64,000 nucleotides of DNA from Promethearchaeota archaeon (GCA_029838195.1 JALGVJ010000013.1:1-64000), one strand, 5' to 3'. Positions 52,209 through 62,708 are shown, numbered from the stretch's first letter. Numbers and translations are program-made. The notes: generated by a model not told the origin, from the letters alone.

Positions 52209-53147
52209 ATGGATTTAGAAGATTTAAAGGTTGTAGTAGTGGGTGCCGGCACGATGGGGCACTCCATTTGCCAAGTGTATGCTCAAGCCGGATATCGAGT
52301 AAGTTTAGTAGATTTAAATTCCGCTATCTTAGATAAGGCATTATCAAAAATAACTTCAAACTTGGATGTCTTAAAGGAATTTAACATGTTGGGAGGCCAA
52401 GAAATACCAAAGATTCTTAACCGAATTCAATTCACGACTGATCTCAAGAAAGTCGCAACAAAAGCGGATCTAATCGTCGAAGCGGTGTTTGAAAGGGCGG
52501 ATATAAAACGAGATTTGTTTGTTAAATTAGATGAGTATTGCTCGAAAGATACCATATTCGCAAGCAATACCTCGGGATTAAACGTGTTTAAAATAGCAAA
52601 AATTAGCCATCCTGAGCGATTGATCATCCATCATTGGTTTGCCCCTCCTCACGTGGTCCCACTAGTAGAAGTAGTTCCGGGGCGTAAAACTTCTGATGAT
52701 GTCATTGAGTTTTCCCTTAGATTGTTAAAACGATTGGGGAAAAAACCAATAACATTGCGAAAATTTTCCGACTATTTTATTGTAAATAGAATTCAAAATG
52801 CCATCTCATCTGCTGTATTCCAATTAATCTTAATGAAAACAGCCACTCCCGAAGATATTGATGTGGCGGTAAAACATACTTTGGGAATTAGATTGCCCAT
52901 TGTTGGAGTCGTTCAGACCTTGGATTTTACTGGTTTAGATTTGGTCTATGATGTGGTTAAAAATCTCGGCACGGAACTTGGATTCATCAAGGAAAAAATT
53001 GATCAAGGGCATCTTGGAGTGAAGACTTCAAAGGGTATATATGATTATGGAAACCGCTCAGAAGAACAAATTCTTAGAAAAAGAGATGAGAAATACTTGA
53101 AATTATTGAATTTTCTTTGGCAAATCAATGCGTTTGAGCCTATTTAA
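52209..53147 (+). CDS. 3-hydroxyacyl-CoA dehydrogenase family protein
   Basis: GAGTMG, EAVFE...K, ASNTS, HWF.PP..PLVE, FIVNR, D.TGLD, G.LG.KT.KG.YDY. Confidence 0.93.
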   Translation: MDLEDLKVVVVGAGTMGHSICQVYAQAGYRVSLVDLNSAILDKALSKITSNLDVLKEFNMLGGQEIPKILNRIQFTTDLKKVATKADLIVEAVFERADIKRDLFVKLDEYCSKDTIFASNTSGLNVFKIAKISHPERLIIHHWFAPPHVVPLVEVVPGRKTSDDVIEFSLRLLKRLGKKPITLRKFSDYFIVNRIQNAISSAVFQLILMKTATPEDIDVAVKHTLGIRLPIVGVVQTLDFTGLDLVYDVVKNLGTELGFIKEKIDQGHLGVKTSKGIYDYGNRSEEQILRKRDEKYLKLLNFLWQINAFEPI

Positions 53148-53285
53148 TCCAAGTTAAGGAATCGCTTTCGTACAATGAACGTAGTGCCGGAAAATTTTTA
53201 AAAAGATTTAATATTATCAAAAGATTTGAATTATTAGAAATGAATTATCTTCCTTAAAAAAAGATGTAATTAAAACCATTTCAGA

Positions 53286-53729
53286 ATGTTAATACGTGAA
53301 TTTTTTGAAAGAGACATTGACGAGATTACACATCTCATGAAAAATCTGTGCACGTTAAAAGGGCAAGAGTTTGATGAAGAAAAATGGAGGGAGAATTTAC
53401 AAAAAAGCATGAAGGAAGATATTAATTCTGAAGTGATTGTAGCGGTCGATGATACATCTCAAGAAGTAGTGGCAATGGGGCATTTTTGTATCAAAAAGAG
53501 TAAAAATGAGATTCCATTTGGATACATTTCAGATTTAATCGTTAAGGAGGAGAATAGAAGATCGGGAATTGGAGAGAAAATCATGCGATACATGATCGAT
53601 CGCTTTAAAAATAATCACGTGCAATCCGTTCGGTTAGTGGTTGATTCTAATGTTAAAGAATCAGCGAGAACGTTATTTAAAAAGTTAGGATTTCAAGAGA
53701 TTGCACGGTTATATGAATTAAAGATTTAA
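53286..53729 (+). CDS. GNAT family N-acetyltransferase
   Basis: ISDLIV....RRSGIG, A..LFKKLGF. Confidence 0.9.
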   Translation: MLIREFFERDIDEITHLMKNLCTLKGQEFDEEKWRENLQKSMKEDINSEVIVAVDDTSQEVVAMGHFCIKKSKNEIPFGYISDLIVKEENRRSGIGEKIMRYMIDRFKNNHVQSVRLVVDSNVKESARTLFKKLGFQEIARLYELKI

Positions 53730-53800
53730 TCCTAACTCATGAAACAAATTACACTTTTTTATAACAACCATGAATAATTTAATTTATTTGAGAGATAGTC

Positions 53801-55051
53801 ATGATAAGAGAAGTAGAAAAAGGGCATACCTTATTAGTTAAAGGGCCCACGAGAGTAACGCTGTTAAATGGAAAATTAGAAATATTTGGAAAATTAATCA
53901 CGCCTCCCAAGGAGCGAACAAAAGAAGGAGAGGAAGAGAGAGAATATCATGAAGAAAAAGGAGTTTTAATCATTCCTGCAGGTACTTCTTATCCCTTATA
54001 TTGTGTTGAAAAATGCAAATTCGAAATTTTTTCTTCGAACTTGGACGAAAATTTAATGGAAGTGGACGAAAATACGATAAGCGATAGCTGGATAGAGATC
54101 AAGGATAAAATCCTTAGCTTTATCAAGAAAAATACAGATAAAAAACCGATAAAAATAATGGTTTTAGGTATCAGTAGTGGAAAGACCACGATTTTAAAAT
54201 ATCTAGCGAATAATTTTTTAAGAGAAGGATTAAAAGGGGGATACCTCGATACGGATCTTGGGCAACAATTCATTTATATTCCAACAACGATAAATATTGG
54301 AGAAATTTCGGAACCGTTAGTTTCAGGGGATAACATCCATCCCGAAGAGACTATTTTTATTGGAGCAACCTTTCCAAAAGGTAATTTCAAGTTTATATTG
54401 CCTAAAGAAAGTAAAAATCTCATCGAGAAGTTTAAACAAAACCATGAAGATGCCGATTTTATCCTAATCGACACGGATGGATGGATTAAAACAGAAAACG
54501 GCATCATTTATAAGAATTTTTTCATTAAAACTGTAGATCCGGATATTATCATTGTATTTTATGATGAAACGGTGGAAGAATTAATAAAAATTGTTGAAGA
54601 AGCGAGCCAAAAAAAGGAGAGAAAGATCTTTAAAATTACCGAATTAAATAAGTATTATTTTGAGAAAAATAAAGATGAGAGGCGGTTTATTAGGCAATCC
54701 CTTTTTTCAAAACATTTTGCATCATTTCGAAAAATCGTGCTTCCCTTAGATGATATTAAATTCGTTAAGAAAGAATATGATAAAGAAAAGGACGAAATCA
54801 TCGAAATCGAATTGGATCTGGAGGAATTAATTAAATTACCTTATCATTATGTCATAACGGCACTATTAACAGAAAATTCAGAGTTAATTAACATGGCTTT
54901 GCTCTTTAACATTAATGCAGAGCCAGAAAAATCGTATATTTTAATTTATAGTGATATCCCCTATAAGGAGCAAGTAAAAATAAAAAAAATTCTAATTGGG
55001 AGCCTCCGCTTGTCAACAAAAGGAAATCATCAGGGATATTTATATCTCTAA
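53801..55051 (+). CDS. Clp1/Grc3-like polynucleotide 5'-kinase
   Basis: N-terminal TLLVKGP..V.LL.G.LEIFG, GISSGKTT, DTDLGQ, IDTDGWI, ERR..RQ. Confidence 0.85.
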   Translation: MIREVEKGHTLLVKGPTRVTLLNGKLEIFGKLITPPKERTKEGEEEREYHEEKGVLIIPAGTSYPLYCVEKCKFEIFSSNLDENLMEVDENTISDSWIEIKDKILSFIKKNTDKKPIKIMVLGISSGKTTILKYLANNFLREGLKGGYLDTDLGQQFIYIPTTINIGEISEPLVSGDNIHPEETIFIGATFPKGNFKFILPKESKNLIEKFKQNHEDADFILIDTDGWIKTENGIIYKNFFIKTVDPDIIIVFYDETVEELIKIVEEASQKKERKIFKITELNKYYFEKNKDERRFIRQSLFSKHFASFRKIVLPLDDIKFVKKEYDKEKDEIIEIELDLEELIKLPYHYVITALLTENSELINMALLFNINAEPEKSYILIYSDIPYKEQVKIKKILIGSLRLSTKGNHQGYLYL

Positions 55052-55246
55052 AAATCGTTTTTTAATTTCCCTCTCCCTTTATTTAAAGGAATATTATTTT
55101 AAATAATTCAATATCTTTTTTTGAAACCCGTAGATTTAATAAGTTATTAATGCTTTATGGATGCTTTAACAATTGGTTCTCATCATGGTACTTCTGAGCG
55201 TTTTCTTCAATAATTGTACTTTAGCGCCGTGACAAATTATATAGGC

Positions 55247-56728
55247 ATGAATGAAAATATATTTATCAAGCGTCCCATGGTAAACGACTTGATATCACAT
55301 TTTGTTAAATTAATGAGGAAAGAGAGTTTTTCTGACTCAGAATTAGATTTATTTCGTTTAGGAAATTCTTTAGGACTGGATTTAACGGGTTTTGCTAGCT
55401 TAAAAGCTTCTCAAGATAATGAATACGTGAACACGATTCGAGCGGCATGCTTGAAATTATTTACATCAAACGAGAATCATCTTTCCCAAAATAACATGTT
55501 CTATATAGGTTCCATCGATTTCATGACTTGTGATGAGCCAAATGGTAAAAAATTCTTTTTATTAGAAACAAACGGGGGCTCTAATAGAGGGCTTTCCATT
55601 CTCACTAATGAACAACAAGGATTAATACATGACGGATATCTCGAAGCAGTTAAACAAGCCTTGAGATTAAATAGGAGAAATGATGATAAATTGCTCGTAT
55701 TGGTGGGGATCCCTCCTGAGGATGGACTAATCCACGAAAAATTACTCCTCATCGAACATTTGAGGAAATGTTTGAGAAAAACGGGAAAAACCATGAGCGT
55801 GTGTGATATACATTCGGTTAAAAAGAATTTAAAATTTGATATCGTGTTTATTATAGCGGATTACCGCCAATTATCCGGAACATTATCATATTCAAATAAC
55901 TGGGTGTTATTGAATGGCGAAAAAATTAGTGTATTAATAGGCGATGGCATTGCCAGGCGATTAGCAAATAAGCAGTTTCAAGATTTATTTCATGAAAATG
56001 TCCAAAAAATTAATACCCTCATTGTGAATCCAATTTTCAAGATCACTGATGATAAATCGCTGACTTACCTCGCTAGTTATCTTTCTAAGGAAGATCTTGA
56101 AAAATTTAATTTGAAAAATCTTATATTTACAAAAGTATGGAATGAACAAAAATTAATTGAAAAATTACAATATTTATTAAAAAAGTATAAAAGACCTTTT
56201 ATCATAAAGCCTCATGGAGGCTCTGGTGGAGCAGGTGTCCTCCCTTTTGGATCAGAAATGTTCCAATCGAAGGAATTTTCCATTGAAAAAGTAATCTCAT
56301 GGAGTAAAAAGGAATATTATGATAAATTCTTGAAAAATCGCAACCCTTTCCCATACACCGTCCAAGAAATGGCTCAGTTTTCACTAATCGACTGGAAAAA
56401 TTCTAAACACGCTTTTGATTTAAGATTATATTTAGCTCAACAGAATTCAAGAATCATTCCAATTGGGGGATTAGCTAGAATTGCAAGAGGTACATTTAAA
56501 GGGACCTTAAATAAACAAGAATTTGTCGTGAATCTATCGGGTTATGATGGTCAAATTGAAGTAGAGAGAGGATTAGGGCTCTCAAGAAAGAATTGTGAAA
56601 TTTTAAACTTAACTCACGATGATTTAGTTAAGTGCTTTTCGATCGGGTGTGTACTGTTTGCCAATATGGCAAAAAATTATTATAAAATCGTTAAATTTTC
56701 TAAATGGGATGAGATTCTCGGAGAATAA
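55247..56728 (+). CDS. Circularly permuted ATP-grasp ligase (TTL/YheCD-like motifs)
   Basis: DDK, FIIKPHGGSGGAGV, YTVQE, FDLRLY, GGLARIA and VVNLS in the C-terminal half; G.IDF...LLETNG metal-binding motif at the N-terminus. ATG 55247 or TTG 55214. Confidence 0.72.
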   Translation: MNENIFIKRPMVNDLISHFVKLMRKESFSDSELDLFRLGNSLGLDLTGFASLKASQDNEYVNTIRAACLKLFTSNENHLSQNNMFYIGSIDFMTCDEPNGKKFFLLETNGGSNRGLSILTNEQQGLIHDGYLEAVKQALRLNRRNDDKLLVLVGIPPEDGLIHEKLLLIEHLRKCLRKTGKTMSVCDIHSVKKNLKFDIVFIIADYRQLSGTLSYSNNWVLLNGEKISVLIGDGIARRLANKQFQDLFHENVQKINTLIVNPIFKITDDKSLTYLASYLSKEDLEKFNLKNLIFTKVWNEQKLIEKLQYLLKKYKRPFIIKPHGGSGGAGVLPFGSEMFQSKEFSIEKVISWSKKEYYDKFLKNRNPFPYTVQEMAQFSLIDWKNSKHAFDLRLYLAQQNSRIIPIGGLARIARGTFKGTLNKQEFVVNLSGYDGQIEVERGLGLSRKNCEILNLTHDDLVKCFSIGCVLFANMAKNYYKIVKFSKWDEILGE

Positions 56729-56733
56729 TCGAT

Positions 56734-57888
56734 ATGAATCTTGAAATCTTAAAAAAAATCCTTTTTCCCGAACAAAGAAAGATTCTTTTTGAGCAAATTT
56801 TAACTGATTTCCAAAGAGCATGTCAACTTCCTTGGTTACGCTTTGAGGTGCATGAAACACCCGAAGGAAAAATTCTTTTCATTAGATTTAGCTCAAATAA
56901 AGGGGAACAAAAAAGTAATTCCTTAAAAATCTTTATTGGGGCTCAACACAATGAATATAATGGATTATTTGGAATTTTAGAATTTTTAAGGATAATTAAT
57001 AGAAATGAAAATCTATTACAAGAATTTCTAAATAAGAATCAGGAAGTATTTTTCTTTCCCTTAATGAATCCCCACGGCTTTTTAAATCCTACTATTACTA
57101 ATAAATCAGGCTATTATCTTAAAGATGGTACTAACTTAAATCGTTATTGGTATCGAACATTCATGGGCGATTTAAGGAGAAATATTACTAATGACTCTCT
57201 ATTTGATGTTCCACCTCAAGCTAAATTATTAAAAAAAAAAATGGTGCCATTCTGGAAAGAGGAGGAGGTATCCATCTTTATTGTGGATTTTCATGAAACG
57301 TCTCTATTAAGAAGATTTCCGTTAGATTTGAAAAATACGCTTACTCCTCATCAAATCATTGACCATTGGCTTAAAAAAGAATTAATTGAAAATATCATGA
57401 CACTTAATCAAATTCCCTTAACCAACGAAGAAGTTTTTAGAGTAGAATCGCTCGATAAAGAACAAAACTGGGTCTTGAATTTAAAAATTGAAGAGGCAGA
57501 ATTAATCAAAAAAGGATTTAAAGAATTTCTAAAATTAAATGAACATAAATTGCCCTTTTATTTTTATTGTAGCAGAAAAAGCAAAAAATTCTGTCAAAGA
57601 GTAGCATTTAATGTATATCAAAAAATGAAAGATAAATTATGGACGATAATTAACCCTGTTATTGGACACTATTTTCACGAGCACGGCTGTTTTATTCACC
57701 TGAATGAGAATGCTCAGCGAAAGAATTTTTATGTGTTTGAATTAGAATCAGATAAACATTTTTTCGATTTATTTGATGAAATTAAAAAGGTCCACTCGAA
57801 TCCCAATTATTTAAATGAGAAACGCGTGTATTTAAATTATTCGATCGAATTAGTAGCGAACGTGATTCAAGAAATCCTGAAAATTTGA
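56734..57888 (+). CDS. M14-family zinc carboxypeptidase/deacylase-like protein
   Basis: IGAQHNE, PLMNPHG, NLNRYW, VDFHE, FELE; 5 nt downstream of the ATP-grasp gene. Confidence 0.72.
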   Translation: MNLEILKKILFPEQRKILFEQILTDFQRACQLPWLRFEVHETPEGKILFIRFSSNKGEQKSNSLKIFIGAQHNEYNGLFGILEFLRIINRNENLLQEFLNKNQEVFFFPLMNPHGFLNPTITNKSGYYLKDGTNLNRYWYRTFMGDLRRNITNDSLFDVPPQAKLLKKKMVPFWKEEEVSIFIVDFHETSLLRRFPLDLKNTLTPHQIIDHWLKKELIENIMTLNQIPLTNEEVFRVESLDKEQNWVLNLKIEEAELIKKGFKEFLKLNEHKLPFYFYCSRKSKKFCQRVAFNVYQKMKDKLWTIINPVIGHYFHEHGCFIHLNENAQRKNFYVFELESDKHFFDLFDEIKKVHSNPNYLNEKRVYLNYSIELVANVIQEILKI

Positions 57889-58070
57889 TCTTTATGAAGG
57901 AAAGGAGGTATTTGATTAAACCCCTTGAAATTTCCCCGGAATGTATTAAAATTCCTTTTTATTTATCCTTTAATATAAAGATCAATTTTCTTCTTTTCTT
58001 AAATGAATTCAAAAATCAAAATTAATAATTTCAATCTCCTTATATTTTCTTTTTCCTTGTTTCTTTTCCG

Positions 58071-59057
58071 TCAATTTTCCGTGCGGTTAAAAAATTCTAT
58101 AATTGAGGCTACTATGAGTAATTCGTTTTTTTTCTGGAGATGCCCTCCTTTTTTAAATAGAATTTGATTGGACGGTGGCACGTCTAAAAATGAGATAAGC
58201 TCCTCAAAATTGAAAAATTTGGTAATTTTATCGTTTTTCGCATGAATTAATAACAATCGCTCAACGAGCTTTTTCCATTCTTGCGGCTTAACTTGTTTTT
58301 TATAGATTTTCAATTTTAAAACGGGAGATAATTCTAAATTTTGCTCCTTTCGGATCTTTAAGATATTACCTCTAATATAATATCTTAATTTAAGGATGGG
58401 ATTTAATCGCTGGAATGTTTTTCTAAAATTAGCAACGGAAGAAATTACTACAATTTTTTTAATTTTCTCATTTGGAAAAGCTTTAATTAAAGCTGGTAAC
58501 GTTCCATGACTTACCCCAATACAATAAATATTCGAATTTTTTAAAAAATCTTGATTCATGACCCATTGTAATATGAAATCAAAATCTTGGATTCGCTGAA
58601 CATGGTCCGTTTTCTTCCCGACTTTTTTTGATTTTCCGAGCCCTCTTGGGTCATGAATTAAAATCTGATACCCGTGAAGTGCAAGCGGATAATAAAGATA
58701 TTGAAGAGATTCTTTAGTATCAGAAAACCCTTGGTTCACGATAATTATTGAATTTCTTGAAATTCTTTTTTGTTCATTTTTGGATCGTATAAGTTCACCT
58801 ATTAACCAAGCTTTTCTGGGTCCTTCAACAGGAATTTTAATTGGTGAGACTTCTAATGAATCGATTTTAAGTAAGGGCCATCGATCATGCCATAAGTCCT
58901 TACAATTCCAATATATTTCAAAAGGGAAGTAGACAATTAAAAAGGTAGTAAAGGATAAAATTAAACATGTTTTGAAATCATTTCCCCATGAAGCATTCAC
59001 GTACCAGATAAAGGCACTAAATATTAAATCGAAAGCAATTAAAACAAATCGTTTCAT
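58071..59057 (-). CDS. Membrane-anchored alpha/beta hydrolase
   Basis: Two N-terminal TM helices; D.RG.G.S, GVSHG, HAKND, GGH. Confidence 0.85.
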   Translation of the reverse strand: MKRFVLIAFDLIFSAFIWYVNASWGNDFKTCLILSFTTFLIVYFPFEIYWNCKDLWHDRWPLLKIDSLEVSPIKIPVEGPRKAWLIGELIRSKNEQKRISRNSIIIVNQGFSDTKESLQYLYYPLALHGYQILIHDPRGLGKSKKVGKKTDHVQRIQDFDFILQWVMNQDFLKNSNIYCIGVSHGTLPALIKAFPNEKIKKIVVISSVANFRKTFQRLNPILKLRYYIRGNILKIRKEQNLELSPVLKLKIYKKQVKPQEWKKLVERLLLIHAKNDKITKFFNFEELISFLDVPPSNQILFKKGGHLQKKNELLIVASIIEFFNRTEN

Positions 59058-59390
59058 TGTTTAATTCTTTAAAGAATAACCCTTTTCATTTTTCATCCTC
59101 AATTATTTTGAATACATGATGCTTATTATTAAAGTTTGAGCCATGGAATTACGCGTGTAAGCTTTTCTGATTCTTGTTTATAGAAACCGTGAGGAGTTGA
59201 GAACCCGAAAGACTTTATAAAATCCTTTATCTTTTTTTTAAAAAAGTTTTTCAAGTTAAAATGAGGTTAAAAAGAAATCCATGAAAATTTCAATTTATTC
59301 TTGACACTCCTCTTTCATTTGATTTAGCACTCTCATATAAAAATAGTCAATTCAGTTATTTTTAAAAATAATTATCCATGATCTAAACCC

Positions 59391-60689
59391 ATGACTGAAA
59401 ATAATACAAATGCTCAAGTTTCAAGGTCATCCAAGTATTTCAAATTAATGCTTATCATCCTCTTATTCGTCCAGATTCTTGATGCTTATACGACTACTTA
59501 CACCGCATCTTTTCCGTCAAAAATTATTGAAGAATTTCTTCCTAATTATTCTCCCAATGAGGCAAATTCCATCATGGCATTAAGTATTGGCATTGCTACA
59601 ATTGGCATGTATTTCGTGTTTATCAATCAATTTTTATCAGATAAGGTAGGAAGAAAAACCATGCTTTTCATCACGACTCTGGGAATGGGAGCTTCGGCAT
59701 TACTATTGGCACTTTCAAGCAATATTATCCAATATACTATTTTCCTATTTCTCACATACTTATTTTTCTCAAGCGACATGTGGATTATTTATATTAATGA
59801 AGAAGCAGAATCAGAGAAAAGAGCGTATTATACAAACCTCCTCTTAGCCGGTGGAGTATTGGGACCTATATTAATGCCCATTTTTCGCTCTATTTTCATA
59901 ACGGAAACTTCTCCGGTAGGGTCTTGGCGGGGAATGACTTATTTCCCCACCTTTTTAGGAATTCCCTTAGCACTTATCATTTTATTTACCATTAAAGAAA
60001 CATCTAAATATGAAGAAATAAAAAGGGGAAATGTACCACGTTCATCCATGGAAAACTCCTCCCTACTAAAAGTAAATTTGAAATATTTATTTACTTCTTC
60101 TCGAAAAGAAGAATATCTTGCTATTTTAGTCATGAGTTTTTTGACGGGCTTGAATTTTATTTTTCTGCAATTGGCAGAAAGCTTTGCAGCCTCCTACACG
60201 ACTCTTTCAGAGAGTTTAATAAATATAGTAATATATATTGTAGCAATTAGCGTAATAATAGCATATTTACTCACGGGAATCTTGGCCGATAAATTTGGAA
60301 GAAAACCATTACTCTACCTCTTTTCTTTATTGATGCCAATCGGGGCGATATTATTATATCTTGGAGGCCAAATGACATCAAATAACTTTATTATCGTGGT
60401 ACTTGGAATTGTTTGTGGTTATGTAGCTTATGATGCGCTTCAAGTATTATTACGAATTGTGGTGTTTGAAGTCGTGCCTACGGATAAACGTGGAACGGGT
60501 AGTGGATTAAGGGCTTTTACTCAATCCCTTGGAATCACTCTGGGTTTCATGATTGGTAGCGTTTTAACCTTATTTTTCGGATTAGGAATGGCCTTCATCC
60601 TATTAAGCCTGCCCTTACTTCTGAACATGATATTCATATTTAAATTTTTAAAAGAAACAAGGGGTACGAATTTGAGCTTGATTAAATAA
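59391..60689 (+). CDS. MFS transporter
   Basis: LSDKVGRK, LADKFGRK, PTDKRGTG.G, KETRG; about 12 TM helices. Confidence 0.92.
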   Translation: MTENNTNAQVSRSSKYFKLMLIILLFVQILDAYTTTYTASFPSKIIEEFLPNYSPNEANSIMALSIGIATIGMYFVFINQFLSDKVGRKTMLFITTLGMGASALLLALSSNIIQYTIFLFLTYLFFSSDMWIIYINEEAESEKRAYYTNLLLAGGVLGPILMPIFRSIFITETSPVGSWRGMTYFPTFLGIPLALIILFTIKETSKYEEIKRGNVPRSSMENSSLLKVNLKYLFTSSRKEEYLAILVMSFLTGLNFIFLQLAESFAASYTTLSESLINIVIYIVAISVIIAYLLTGILADKFGRKPLLYLFSLLMPIGAILLYLGGQMTSNNFIIVVLGIVCGYVAYDALQVLLRIVVFEVVPTDKRGTGSGLRAFTQSLGITLGFMIGSVLTLFFGLGMAFILLSLPLLLNMIFIFKFLKETRGTNLSLIK

Positions 60690-60954
60690 CTCATTTATGA
60701 AACTCTTTTTTATTCCTTCTATTCCATGAAATTGAAAATATTCAAAAGCATAATAAAAACAAGTAGATTAAAAATTCTATGACCTATCTTAAGAAAAATG
60801 TCAAATAATAGAAGCTCTCGATAAAAAAATGTAATTTCTCTCTTGATAAATAGTTCATTTTATTTTTCTTGAAGGCATTCAAATAGTTTCATTCAGTTCC
60901 GTTCTGGCTCTATGAAATCACTCATTCTCGTTTATAGTAATTTTTTTTTTCAAA

Positions 60955-61281
60955 TTATTTTTTTGCCTTATCTGGAGGACATCCGAAATCATTCCGAACT
61001 TTGCAATCAATTTTACTCGAACTCCCCGGGCATGGTTCACATTTAACTTTTCGCAACATTTTCACTACCTCGTCAACCTCCGGTCCGAATTCCTCATCTT
61101 CCGTTTCGTCCGCAAGCATCTCATCGTCAATTTTACTCAAGTCATAATCCAAATCTTCTTCCAAATTATCTTCTACTTCATAGAGATCAATGACTTCATC
61201 CCCATCTTCATCTTTTTTTCCCGTTGGAATTTCATCATCTATTTCTTCAATGAGTGGTTGTTTTTTCTTTTTTTTAGCCAT
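60955..61281 (-). CDS. Acidic protein with basic N-terminus and C-terminal Cys4 motif
   Basis: MAKKKKKQP, D/E-rich core, CEPC...DC......GCP; GAGG SD. Confidence 0.7.
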   Translation of the reverse strand: MAKKKKKQPLIEEIDDEIPTGKKDEDGDEVIDLYEVEDNLEEDLDYDLSKIDDEMLADETEDEEFGPEVDEVVKMLRKVKCEPCPGSSSKIDCKVRNDFGCPPDKAKK

Positions 61282-61418
61282 GATAAACCTCTTTATTATT
61301 TTTTTATATTGAATTTAAATGATCATAAAATGAAATAAAATTTAGATTTTTTGATTGGACTCTCTTGAAAAAATTAACAAAACAAGGAAAAAAAGTAAAA
61401 AGAAAAAATTTATATAAT

Positions 61419-62708
61419 TTATTGTTTTTCCGCGATAATGGCCTGTTCTAATTGTTTTCTTGCTTTCTCCTTTTGTTCTTCGCTCAATGGGCAGTCGGTT
61501 ATTTTCCAGAATCGATATTCTTGGTTTAAATAGGCGGGACATTTCTTCCTACGCTCCTTAGCACAATCCGTTATTTGCCAGCATTGAAAGGTTTTTTCAT
61601 AGAACTTGTGAAACTTACGTGGTAATTTTTTATAATTGAATTCTGTTTCCCTGAGATAATCATCTAAATTATTAGAATTATAAGTATTCCAAAATAATAC
61701 GGTTTTCCCCTTGTTCTCTTCTTCAGTTATATAATCCATGAGAGCAGCCATCGTTTTTCCCGTATACGTAGTATCTAATTTAAATCCTTTTTCTTTTCCT
61801 TCTAATTCATGCACGAGATCAACAGCCTTCTGACTTTTTTCTGTTACAATCCCATATGCAGAGCCTCGATATCCTTCAATGATTTTGAAATCATTTTCGG
61901 TTACTTCCACGTGCGGAATGGAAGGATCACGTTCATGTAAATAGTTTAAAGCCTTATTTGCAACTTTAAGAAAATTAGAGGGATTAATTACAATATCTTC
62001 TGAGACTTTAACAACATGGATCTTCGTTTTCAAGCCCAAGAGCTTACAGCCTGCGCCTATACCAGCAGCAGTTCCAATCGATCCTCCCGCGCAGAATATG
62101 ACATCAGGAATGGACGCAATTCCTTGATCAATTTGTTCTTTTAACTCAAACATGGCATCGATGAATCCTACAGTGCCCAAAGAGGTACCAAATCCGAAGA
62201 GGGGAGTTCCTCCAAACGGCATTAAAAAATATCGAGGATGAATTAATCGAAATACTAAACTTTTTAATAAAGCTCTTTCATTACTCTTAGATAAATGCAA
62301 TTTTGCTCCAAAATAATCATATAATAACAAGGAACGCTGTACATGCCAAGTAACTGGTTGAGGGGCAAGAAATAGGTGACATTTTAATCCCAATTGTTGG
62401 GTCGTTATAGCACAAGCCAAACCTTGATTTGTTCCAATTCCTCCGAGGGTAATTACCCCTTTTTTCTTTTCTTTTAAGATTTTCCCGAAAATGAATTCAA
62501 ATTTTCGGAGTTTATTTCCTCCATAAACATCACTAACTTTATCATCTCGCTTGATAAAAATTTTTTCTTCCTTTAGATTTAAATGTTTTTCCAAATTAGT
62601 CAATCGTTCCACAGGAGTAGGCGCATTAGGAATGAGAGGGATAAAAGGAACTTTTCCCTTTAAATTAGGAAATTTTTTATATAAAATAGGTTCCCTAGTA
62701 GTCTCCAT
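61419..62708 (-). CDS. ACC deaminase/D-cysteine desulfhydrase family PLP enzyme with C-terminal Cys/Trp domain
   Basis: PTP, IKRDD....GGNK.RK.EF, GG.GTN, GS.GT.AG, LD.TYTGK; tail CWQITDC..CPAY..FWKITDCP. Confidence 0.88.
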   Translation of the reverse strand: METTREPILYKKFPNLKGKVPFIPLIPNAPTPVERLTNLEKHLNLKEEKIFIKRDDKVSDVYGGNKLRKFEFIFGKILKEKKKGVITLGGIGTNQGLACAITTQQLGLKCHLFLAPQPVTWHVQRSLLLYDYFGAKLHLSKSNERALLKSLVFRLIHPRYFLMPFGGTPLFGFGTSLGTVGFIDAMFELKEQIDQGIASIPDVIFCAGGSIGTAAGIGAGCKLLGLKTKIHVVKVSEDIVINPSNFLKVANKALNYLHERDPSIPHVEVTENDFKIIEGYRGSAYGIVTEKSQKAVDLVHELEGKEKGFKLDTTYTGKTMAALMDYITEEENKGKTVLFWNTYNSNNLDDYLRETEFNYKKLPRKFHKFYEKTFQCWQITDCAKERRKKCPAYLNQEYRFWKITDCPLSEEQKEKARKQLEQAIIAEKQ

